Virus record (IMG/VR): IMGVR_UViG_3300024054_000269
Location: 32,001 to 96,000 of that record
Origin: a virus
Length of the DNA: 64,000 nt
Strand: one strand, 5' to 3'
The position numbers and the translations under genes are program-made. Positions 55,743 through 64,000 of this stretch are shown in pieces; the stretch's first letter is position 1; every line of letters starts with the position of its first letter. The notes under the pieces were generated by a model, which saw only the letters and a program-made list of their open reading frames with translations, searched no databases and was not told where the DNA came from.

Positions 55743-58700
55743 TGGGAACTATATCATTTACCGGTTTAAGTTCTGTTTCTGATAGAACTTTGTTTACAAA
55801 CAAAGGTCCTATCGTAAAAAGACCGCTATCACTTCTTTCCGGGTCAGATTTAAGAATTGTTTCGGAAAACGAAATTGAGATATTGTCAGGATCATTTACA
55901 TCATCAAATGTTGGACAAATAATAACAATTTCAGGGAGTTTGAATAATCGAAATGATGGGACTTTCACAATAGATCAAGTAAAAAATTCAACACGTTTAG
56001 TGTTAAAGAATTCGTCGTTTGAACTTATAAACGAAACTGACACGATCGAAAGTATTATTGATTTAGCGAATGATATTCGTAATAAATATGAATTACATAG
56101 AATTCAAGATGAAGTTCACGGATCAAATGATACAACAAATATAATATTCACTGCGATTGCAGTACCAACATTGGCAAATGCAATAATTTTGTTGAATGAT
56201 ATAAAAACTAAATTTAGTGCGCATATAATAGACATATCATCCCCTAGTCCAGGGGAGCCAACAGTCCACTTAGAAGCAGATGTAGAGAATACCGTGTATT
56301 TGCCTGATGCTGATGACTTGGCATCGGCGTTACAACTGGTTAATGAATTAAGAAAGAAATACTCGTTACATAGACAAAGTAACATCTATCATCAAAACGT
56401 TGATTCTGCAAATGCTGTTACAGTTGATAGAGTAATACCAACAGTTGGTACCTATCCGGGTTCTTTAACTGGGCCATTATCTTGGGTATTAAAAAGTCCG
56501 AGAATAGGGGAATTTGCGGACGTTCCGGAAGACGTTGATGTTTATGTTAATTCTACAGATGCTAGTGTTGACGCAGTGTTCGGATTATTAGGAGCTGTGG
56601 TTTTAACTTCAAAACCAACTAGTAGTGATACAGTTGAAATTGATTATGATTATTTAAACAACCCAGCTGTTCTGTTTACTGGTTTAAATTTTCCAGGCTT
56701 CACATTTAATCAAGCTGGCAACCACGGAATTGGGGGCTTGCCAAGCCACAAATACAGAATGCGTGCGTTTTTTATAGACCCAGAAAATCTTCCAAACCCG
56801 CATGGCGTTTCTTCTCCGTTTGCGCCGAGACTTGTTGGTTGGAGATATAAAGGATTTGAAAGGGCGTATACGGCATCTTTAAACGACCCAAATTTATTTA
56901 GACTAAATTCGCCAGCAAACAAAATACTTTTTCCAGTTGAAGAAGACCCAGCATTTGAAACGTCCGTATCATATGATCCAACTAATTTACCACAAAATGT
57001 AACAAATCCTTGGACCTCCAACGGATTTGGAACCGTTTACATATCAGGTAAACGTCTTATTATAATAGATGCCGATGATGGTTCAGGAACTGAGAGTCTG
57101 CCACCGTTTTTTAGCAAAGAAATAAATATTGACCCACCAAGCATCGTTTCAGCAGCTTTTAGAACTGAATTATCAAACGAAGGTCTTTTGCTTGACGGAG
57201 CTTTTACTGGTGTTGGGTTTGGGTTTTCTGATGGTAACAATGTAGCATTAATTGGGTTCATAATAACATCACAACCCGCTACAAACTTATCATCAGCTAT
57301 TTCACTAACAAATGAAATAAAAACCAAATTTAACTCCCATGTAATAGAGCCAACTGTTCATTTTGTTAATGATACACAAAATATTGTAGATCTCGTAAAT
57401 GCTACCAATTTGTCTCAACTATTAATTATTTTGAATTCGTTAAAGGCGGCTTTTAATTCTCATATTGTTAAAGTTCCAGAACATGCGATATCAGATACAA
57501 CTGATTTGGTAACGTCGCCAGACGCAGGCGATCTATATTCTGAAGAAATTTCATTACAACAAGCTATAACATTAGTAAATGAACTACGAGATAAATACAA
57601 TACACATCTGTCTCAAATAATAACATCAACTAATGTCCATCAAGTTAACGATACTATAAACGTTGTTCCGGACGTAAAACAAGTAGGAATTTTAACAAAC
57701 AGGGGACCATGGGAATTCGGAGAAAATTGGAACTCATATGCAATAGATTTCACAGAGACAAAATCATACAGGATAGCACGAAACATAGACGGAGGTGTTT
57801 CGTTATACTTGAGTGGTATGATAGATCCGATTGCGACGGTTGAAGCATCTGAACTACCGTCGATTTCAAATTTGAATGCTAAATTTGATCCTATACAACA
57901 AGTGTTTTTTGGTGCAATTAGTAAAGAGTCAACGTCCACAAGCAGGTGGTCATTTGTAAGAACTGTTATAACACCATTAGACCCAGATAGAATCAGCCGC
58001 AATAAATCCATAGATTATCAAGCATCAGTAACACCAGAACTTGATACAACAGCACCTTGGGTACCTGTAGGATTAAATGGATTTGAGAGAGTAAATAGTG
58101 GAATTTTATTGCTAGATTCAACTGCGTCAGCAAATACAAATGAACTAGATTCATTTGGTTTGAGCAGCGGTGCCTACAGGGGATTTTTAAGATTTGAACC
58201 AACTCAAACTATAAGAACATCGACTGTAATAGAATTTAGGACAAAAATCGACTATTACACATTTGGGATAAACAATAGATCGGCTGGTGTGTATTTAGAT
58301 GATAAGAATCTTCAGGTGCATTTTTCATTTTTGCAATATTCACCGTCAGCTCCAACAACGATTGGTAGATCTGAACTTTATCCGATAATACTTGGTGACA
58401 ATTTGTTGTTGAGGATAAATAACGGACAAATCATAACAATAACATTTGCTGCCACAGATACAACTGCTGCCACAGTTGCAGCCAAAATTAATTCTACCAC
58501 TGGTGTACCATCCGGTTTTGCATCGTCAAGCAGCGGGAAAATTAAACTTACAGGCGTAAATCTTGGTGTAGAGTCATCATTTGAAATTGTTGGCGGTACA
58601 GCTGTTACAAAACTTGGTTTAATTATAGGTAATTATATTGGTTCTGATTCGAACCCAGAGCCAAGAATTTCATATTTTGGTGCCGATTTACCTGATAAGG

Positions 58701-61700
58701 ACAACCCGGTTTGGGTTTCAAGTGGAGAACAAAGAGCCGAATTAATAAACAGGGCGCTTAGAATAACTGATGACAGTGTGACCGATTATCGTTTGTTTGA
58801 TTTGTCAAACATTCTTGTTACTGAGCCTGTACTAAAAGATCCGAATGATTGGAAATTGGACACAAGAATCACAGTTTATTCTTATACGCCTTCTTCTACA
58901 TACATAATTTACGGTTTGTATGTTCCAGTTAAATTTGCCGGTGCATTTATAAATATTGATGAAGGGGTTGGTGGTAAGAACTTAGAACTGCATCTATCTG
59001 TTGATCAGAATGGTAACAAATATGTAACTATTTTGTCGATTATTGCCAGTGCATACATAATAGTTTTTCAAGCACCGTTTAACTGGGATGATGGTCTACC
59101 ACATTCATATAATGTGTATATGAACAAAGCGTCTGGCTTGGTGTTTGTATTAGCTGATGGACAACCTATAAATGATGTTTTATCAGCAACCAATTCATTT
59201 TTGACTTCTGTTTTGAAACCGAGTGTGTCTGGTCCGTCTGTCACATTTGGTTCTGGTAGTATGCCAATCGGTGCAATAGATATAAACACAGCTAAATCAG
59301 TTGTTGATTGGCATTCAGTGGCAGTGTTCAAAGATAGTAAAATAAACGATTCGAATTCTTCTATAAGACGTTATATTGGTTTATATAAAGGTGGAAATGA
59401 GAACGAATTAAGCTCATATTATGTACATCAAATAGATTGGACTTCGTTTCATACATACAGAATAATTAGAAGTCCAGACGATTACGTGTCAATATTCGTT
59501 GATAACAATCCAACGCCTGTTATATCAATTAGTTATGACTCTTTAAGACTTCCATTAGTTAATACGAGTTTCTTGAATGGCATAACCGGTGGAATACCAT
59601 CAATAGCATTTGGATCGTTTAACCCGCAAGAGTTATCAAGAACAGAATGGGACTATGTAAAATATTCGTTGGGCAGAATCATACAAAGAAACAGGCTTGT
59701 GCCAAGGCATCATTTATTAAATTATGCCAATTTGATAACATCACCAGATCACCTTTTCACAAAAGCGCAACACATACATTTTGGTAAAGAAGTCTATTCA
59801 GAAGGAACAGCATCAGAAGAGTTGATAGCTAATGACACAGCTAGCAGTTATACGATTTTAGGAGAAGGAACGCCACCAATTCCAATGACTCAAAATCTTG
59901 AGTCAAGAGGCGGGTTGGTAAAATCAATAACCCAAACTAAGAATATAAACACCGTAGATTTCATTAATTCAAACGGTTTCCCGGCAGCGTTTGAAGACGA
60001 TTCAATAAATGTAATTCTTTCAGAGAATGCCTTTGATTTGTCGACTTCAATAGCATTAGTTAATGAATTAAAATCTAAATTCAATTCACACTTAACTCAG
60101 TATAGAGTCCACGTATCAAATGACAGAATAAATATTGTTGAAATAGACGACGCGTCTGACTTAACAACTGCTATAGACTTAGTAAATTTAATAAAATCAA
60201 AATACGGTTCGCATTTAATTCAATCCGGAATACACACAAACAATGATACAGTAAACATAATAACATTATCTGATGCAACAAATCTTGCCACATTGATAAC
60301 TTTGGTTAATGAAATTAAAATTAAATATGAATCGCATAGGATGCCAATAGTTGCGTTTGCAAATGATTTAAAGTCTAAATTCAATTCTCATCTCACACAA
60401 ACTGGCGTCCATGTTGTAAACGGAACAACTACCGTAACAACACAAGACGCAGCTGATCAATTGTCTGCGTTCGTCTTAATAAACGACGTTAGACAGAAAT
60501 ACAATGAACATTTAGTTGAGATTGGTGTTCACATAACTAATGACACTATAAATTCTTCAATTCTTCCACCTGTAACAAATTTCTCGTCAGCTTTAGCGCT
60601 AGTTAATGAGGTTAATTCAAAATACGATTTACACAGGGCTGACTTAACTTATCATTTGGTTGCTGATACAATCAATATAAATACATATTTCATATCATTA
60701 CTGTTAATACCTGACGTTCATTTGTCAACAGTAATAATAAGACTTGATCCGCCTTCAAGGGTTTTGTACGAAGCCATGAAATTTTACACATTTGCAGAGG
60801 GCGATGTTGGACATTTATTTCCATTTTCAGATGATGAAACACTCCATGTTCATGGCATTTCTTATGCTGGATCTCATTCTTTCTCATATGAAGGTTCTGT
60901 TTTACCGGAAGACGCTGCTGAATTTGCTGTTATAAACTTGGCAAATGACTTGAAATCGAAGTACAACTTACACAGATCACAATTTGGCGTTCATATGAAT
61001 GATGACATATTAAATGTCGTCACAGCTCCAAATTCAACTGACCTATCTTCTGCTATTACATTATTAAATGATATAAAAACCAACTATAATTTGCATTTGA
61101 TAACTGGAAGTGTTCACACAACGAATGACAATGAAAATAAAGCTATAAACATTAATGCAACAGAGTTGTATACGGCTCTTTCATTAGTTAATGAATTAAA
61201 GTCAAGATATGAAGCACACATAGATAGCATAGTTTACCACGTGTCAGTCGACACAACTAACGAAATATCAGTTGAAGATGCACCACCAGTCGCAGATCAA
61301 GGGTGGTTGTTAACAACTGAAGGACCAGGTTCAGCTTCCATATCATTGATAACAGTTGGTCCAACAACTGCGTTAGAATATGGAGCAGTTGGGTCTATAG
61401 AAACTATATATAAGAATAAGAATCCATTGCCAAGTATTGGTAACCAGAATTTTGAAATGTCATTAAGTCTAAGAATCAATGATGTTTATACGGTCGTCCC
61501 AACTTTCGATTCAAGAATTTATGCTGGTTTTACAAGTAAAATGCATGGCGGAATTGCGGCGGCTATTGGATTTGATTCAATAAATAGCGTTCCATATGTG
61601 AAAATTCATGATATGAATAATGATGAAACTGTGTATCGTGTCCCATTTGATTGGGGCGACGGTAATTTCCATTCATATCGTCTTGTAAGGGACATTAACA

Positions 61701-61732
61701 CAAACACAATAGGCCTCGTAATAGACTCATGA
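55742..61732 (+). CDS. Giant virion protein (1996 aa) with ConA/LamG-like domains and about 15 His-pair repeats
   Basis: Repeated DW...H[ST]Y.[IL].R.......[VL].[VI]D lectin-like motifs; four His-repeat blocks. Confidence 0.7.
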   Translation: MGTISFTGLSSVSDRTLFTNKGPIVKRPLSLLSGSDLRIVSENEIEILSGSFTSSNVGQIITISGSLNNRNDGTFTIDQVKNSTRLVLKNSSFELINETDTIESIIDLANDIRNKYELHRIQDEVHGSNDTTNIIFTAIAVPTLANAIILLNDIKTKFSAHIIDISSPSPGEPTVHLEADVENTVYLPDADDLASALQLVNELRKKYSLHRQSNIYHQNVDSANAVTVDRVIPTVGTYPGSLTGPLSWVLKSPRIGEFADVPEDVDVYVNSTDASVDAVFGLLGAVVLTSKPTSSDTVEIDYDYLNNPAVLFTGLNFPGFTFNQAGNHGIGGLPSHKYRMRAFFIDPENLPNPHGVSSPFAPRLVGWRYKGFERAYTASLNDPNLFRLNSPANKILFPVEEDPAFETSVSYDPTNLPQNVTNPWTSNGFGTVYISGKRLIIIDADDGSGTESLPPFFSKEINIDPPSIVSAAFRTELSNEGLLLDGAFTGVGFGFSDGNNVALIGFIITSQPATNLSSAISLTNEIKTKFNSHVIEPTVHFVNDTQNIVDLVNATNLSQLLIILNSLKAAFNSHIVKVPEHAISDTTDLVTSPDAGDLYSEEISLQQAITLVNELRDKYNTHLSQIITSTNVHQVNDTINVVPDVKQVGILTNRGPWEFGENWNSYAIDFTETKSYRIARNIDGGVSLYLSGMIDPIATVEASELPSISNLNAKFDPIQQVFFGAISKESTSTSRWSFVRTVITPLDPDRISRNKSIDYQASVTPELDTTAPWVPVGLNGFERVNSGILLLDSTASANTNELDSFGLSSGAYRGFLRFEPTQTIRTSTVIEFRTKIDYYTFGINNRSAGVYLDDKNLQVHFSFLQYSPSAPTTIGRSELYPIILGDNLLLRINNGQIITITFAATDTTAATVAAKINSTTGVPSGFASSSSGKIKLTGVNLGVESSFEIVGGTAVTKLGLIIGNYIGSDSNPEPRISYFGADLPDKDNPVWVSSGEQRAELINRALRITDDSVTDYRLFDLSNILVTEPVLKDPNDWKLDTRITVYSYTPSSTYIIYGLYVPVKFAGAFINIDEGVGGKNLELHLSVDQNGNKYVTILSIIASAYIIVFQAPFNWDDGLPHSYNVYMNKASGLVFVLADGQPINDVLSATNSFLTSVLKPSVSGPSVTFGSGSMPIGAIDINTAKSVVDWHSVAVFKDSKINDSNSSIRRYIGLYKGGNENELSSYYVHQIDWTSFHTYRIIRSPDDYVSIFVDNNPTPVISISYDSLRLPLVNTSFLNGITGGIPSIAFGSFNPQELSRTEWDYVKYSLGRIIQRNRLVPRHHLLNYANLITSPDHLFTKAQHIHFGKEVYSEGTASEELIANDTASSYTILGEGTPPIPMTQNLESRGGLVKSITQTKNINTVDFINSNGFPAAFEDDSINVILSENAFDLSTSIALVNELKSKFNSHLTQYRVHVSNDRINIVEIDDASDLTTAIDLVNLIKSKYGSHLIQSGIHTNNDTVNIITLSDATNLATLITLVNEIKIKYESHRMPIVAFANDLKSKFNSHLTQTGVHVVNGTTTVTTQDAADQLSAFVLINDVRQKYNEHLVEIGVHITNDTINSSILPPVTNFSSALALVNEVNSKYDLHRADLTYHLVADTININTYFISLLLIPDVHLSTVIIRLDPPSRVLYEAMKFYTFAEGDVGHLFPFSDDETLHVHGISYAGSHSFSYEGSVLPEDAAEFAVINLANDLKSKYNLHRSQFGVHMNDDILNVVTAPNSTDLSSAITLLNDIKTNYNLHLITGSVHTTNDNENKAININATELYTALSLVNELKSRYEAHIDSIVYHVSVDTTNEISVEDAPPVADQGWLLTTEGPGSASISLITVGPTTALEYGAVGSIETIYKNKNPLPSIGNQNFEMSLSLRINDVYTVVPTFDSRIYAGFTSKMHGGIAAAIGFDSINSVPYVKIHDMNNDETVYRVPFDWGDGNFHSYRLVRDINTNTIGLVIDS
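56051..61278 (+). repeat. His-pair repeat blocks at about 56051-56420 (3), 57278-57673 (3), 60027-60721 (6, one split) and 60926-61278 (3)
   Basis: For example NDIRNKYELHRIQDEVH, NEIKTKFNSHVIEPTVH, NELKSKFNSHLTQYRVH, NDLKSKYNLHRSQFGVH. Confidence 0.9.
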
Positions 61733-62628
61733 ATTTGACTAGATTAACAACTATTTGTAATGATGGTTCCAACATTCTGTTGTTAAATAGCGATTATGAT
61801 AATTATGCAATTAAATTAGATGAATCATTTAATATAATCTCGAAGATCAAATTAAAAAACACCGTTGCAAGCGGATCACTACCGTTTTTTTCTATCAAAG
61901 ACAACACCGGGGTTTGGTTTTCTGACTTAGCATCAAGTCGTGTGTTCAAAATTATTAATGATGAAATCTCAATTTCACTTCAAATTGGCCAAGGTGGTAT
62001 TTTAGGAATAGCTACAACTCCTGATTATTTGTTTGTCGCTGAATTGGGACAAAATGGTATAACAAGAATTGGTTTGTCTGATACAGATAATAGGATTACA
62101 ACTGGCATACAAGCTCAACTTATAAAATTTGATGAATCATCTGGACTTATGTGGTTTGTAGATGCAAACACAAAATCAATTGGCGTCATTGACCCGAATG
62201 ATAAATTTGGATTTTCGTCTATTATTTATTCTATTGAATTAGAAACAACTAATATTTTTGATTTTGTAATACTTGACGCTGAAGTTTGGGTAACAACATC
62301 AAATGGTGTTGTAATAATAAACAAAGCTGAAAGAAGAGTAAACTCACAAATTTTTTTGTCAAAGTCTCAAATATGTTATTTTTCTGGTAACCATAACATT
62401 ATACATAACAGCAATAATAAAGTGTACATATCATTACCACACATTAAATCTTTAGCTGTAATAAATACAGCCACGAAATCTGTAGAAATCATAAATGTTG
62501 GTTTTAACATTGATTTAATCCATTTGTTTAATGGCAAAATATTTGCACTCGATCCATATGCCGATGTTGTGTTAAAACTAGATAGCAATGCTGGTCTTTT
62601 GATGAGTTCTGTGATAGAGGTTGGTTGA
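61729..62628 (+). CDS. Putative beta-propeller (Vgb/YVTN-like) protein
   Basis: About 40-aa blades: GVWFSD, LFVAE, LMWFVD, VWVT, VYIS, IFALD. Confidence 0.6.
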   Translation: MNLTRLTTICNDGSNILLLNSDYDNYAIKLDESFNIISKIKLKNTVASGSLPFFSIKDNTGVWFSDLASSRVFKIINDEISISLQIGQGGILGIATTPDYLFVAELGQNGITRIGLSDTDNRITTGIQAQLIKFDESSGLMWFVDANTKSIGVIDPNDKFGFSSIIYSIELETTNIFDFVILDAEVWVTTSNGVVIINKAERRVNSQIFLSKSQICYFSGNHNIIHNSNNKVYISLPHIKSLAVINTATKSVEIINVGFNIDLIHLFNGKIFALDPYADVVLKLDSNAGLLMSSVIEVG

Positions 62629-63362
62629 TGCCTCTTCCAATATTCATAACCCCAATATATCAAACACCAACCGGTGTTGTTCTTGGGCGTGTACCAATTT
62701 CGAGATTTTCTGGTCAACCAATTTCTGGACTGTTGACGCCAGTTACATCGGGGTTGGTCTTTTTTTCACCAGTTTTGCTCGAACAATTACCAAATAATGA
62801 AATAGACTTAGATTATATTAGGGTGGTTGTAAATTCGAATGATGTTTATACACCTCCGGTTGTAGAAAATTCAAGATTGTTCACATTTGGGCCAAATAGT
62901 AGTTCAAGAACGAATCAACCAAAATGGAGAACCCAACCAAAGGAGTATACAGCTATTGGCGGATTGGTTGATGAGACTTTGTTAATTACACTTGCAAATG
63001 ATTTAAGAGCTCAATATGAAGCTCATAGAGCATCAGCTGTATTCCATGTAATAGCTGATGGAATCAATACAATAACATCTCCGGCGGCCGTAAGCTTGGC
63101 AACAGCAACTACGCTTTTGAATGAGTTAAAATTGAAATTTGATCTGCACAGAACACAACCTGGCGTTCATTCAACTGATGATGTAATTGATGAAATATTA
63201 ACGGCAAATGCAGACGGTAACCCATTACCGGCTGCGTTTCTTGCAAATGAATTGAAACTGAAATATAATGTGCATAGAACTGCACCATTAATTCACGTTG
63301 TGAATGATGGCATAAACATAGTGACTGCAGCTGATCCGTCAGTTATAAGTAAACTAATATAG
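62625..63362 (+). CDS. Virion-region protein with a C-terminal His-pair repeat triad (245 aa)
   Basis: NDLRAQYEAHRASAVFH / NELKLKFDLHRTQPGVH / NELKLKYNVHRTAPLIH at about 62979-63338. Confidence 0.75.
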   Translation: MMPLPIFITPIYQTPTGVVLGRVPISRFSGQPISGLLTPVTSGLVFFSPVLLEQLPNNEIDLDYIRVVVNSNDVYTPPVVENSRLFTFGPNSSSRTNQPKWRTQPKEYTAIGGLVDETLLITLANDLRAQYEAHRASAVFHVIADGINTITSPAAVSLATATTLLNELKLKFDLHRTQPGVHSTDDVIDEILTANADGNPLPAAFLANELKLKYNVHRTAPLIHVVNDGINIVTAADPSVISKLI

Positions 63363-63377
63363 AAGGTAATGTAGGAC

Positions 63378-64000
63378 ATGTTTAAAGACAAATTCAAGAA
63401 AGCACAAGATTTCGTTCGTATGGCCTTGCATTTTAAACACCAAGATGCCTATCACTGTAGAGGTATCAAAGGCGAAATTTTTTGGGAAATGAATGATACT
63501 AAGACCGGTGAAATTACAAAAGGTAAGCTAAATAATATTGTTACTTTGGATGCTAGTATCCTTATAGCCAGACTTATGAAGTCAACTGCTATTCCATATA
63601 CGTCTGAACCAAGATTTGGTATTTATGCTTTGGCAGTTGGAACTGGAAATGTTGGGTGGGACCCACTTGACCCACCAGCTGGCACATCCACACAAAGATC
63701 GCTCGAAAATGAAATTGCTAGAAAACAAATAGCATCAACTGATTTCATAGACGGAACTGGAGCAATTAGTGGGATACCAACAAACGTAGTTGATTTTACA
63801 ACCACATTTTCTGAGTCAGAAGCAGTAGGAACGTTGGTCGAGATGGGTTTGTTAGGCGGTGATGTTGACACAAACATGGCAATACAAAACCCAATAATTC
63901 CGCCAAACGGACCATATGATGCAACAGTCGATGTTACTGGAAAAGACACGCTTGTTAATTATTTGACATTTGGTGCTATCACTAAACCGGCGTCAAGTAC
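63378..64000 (+). CDS. Baseplate/tail-collar-type structural protein, 3'-truncated; absent from the ORF track
   Basis: ATG after AGGA SD; frame open to the window end: MFKDKF...NNIVTLDASILIARLM...ALAVGTG...SLENEIARK...VDFTTTFSESEAVGTLVEMGLLGG. Confidence 0.75.
   Translation, partial: MFKDKFKKAQDFVRMALHFKHQDAYHCRGIKGEIFWEMNDTKTGEITKGKLNNIVTLDASILIARLMKSTAIPYTSEPRFGIYALAVGTGNVGWDPLDPPAGTSTQRSLENEIARKQIASTDFIDGTGAISGIPTNVVDFTTTFSESEAVGTLVEMGLLGGDVDTNMAIQNPIIPPNGPYDATVDVTGKDTLVNYLTFGAITKPASS

Noticed and set aside
6459-63338. His-repeat inserts as inteins or hemerythrin domains
   Set aside because: No N-terminal Cys/Ser plus C-terminal His-Asn splice motifs or Hint blocks; no hemerythrin HxxxE pattern.
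50439-63362. Diversity-generating retroelement targeting fibres
   Set aside because: No reverse transcriptase and no near-identical TR/VR pair differing at adenines in this window.
1776-63949. Numerous 60-140-aa ORFs antisense to or overlapping long genes (e.g. 3169-3480, 12010-12390, 22697-23101, 39892-40311, 63623-63949)
   Set aside because: They lie wholly within well-supported genes and show no motifs; they are shadow frames.
1-64000. CRISPR, TIGR-like or other guide arrays; tRNA and rRNA genes
   Set aside because: Intergenic gaps are at most about 125 bp, with no repeat-spacer pattern or cloverleaf seen by eye; all tandem repeats are in-frame in coding sequence.
1-64000. Alternative genetic code (stop recoding)
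   Set aside because: Long ORFs are intact under the standard code, and TAA, TAG and TGA all terminate genes with tight coupling.

Overview
A 64-kb slice of an AT-rich jumbo myophage-type genome (large contractile-tailed virus) in the standard genetic code, almost all on the + strand. It is nearly all tail morphogenesis module: the 3' end of an actin-fold ATPase, a neck/terminator-like gene, an FmdB zinc ribbon that seems to start at ACG, a giant tail sheath (1665 aa), tube, two chaperones, tape measure, two paralogous tube initiators (one with a GH73-like muramidase), hub, spike, wedge/baseplate-J proteins, a tail fibre and very large baseplate-associated proteins. Sheath and tube are split by a ~10-kb accessory island (AAA+ ATPase, triple winged-helix protein, J-domain protein, tandem HNH). 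Three free-standing Zn-ribbon + PD-(D/E)XK + Mom-like GNAT (Hef-like) genes are present, two of them at the island ends. The most striking signal is a ~36-40-aa His-pair repeat (L-x-N-[ED]-[LI]-[KR]-x2-[YF]-[NE]-x-H-x6-H-x3-D-T-x-N). It occurs about 33 times, mostly as ~120-aa triads, inserted in-frame into four virion proteins: at equivalent loops of sheath domains, inside a lectin-like fold, and apparently once inside another copy of itself. No capsid genes, tRNAs, CRISPR arrays, inteins or reverse transcriptases were seen. All assignments come from motif reading without database searches, and the host is unknown.
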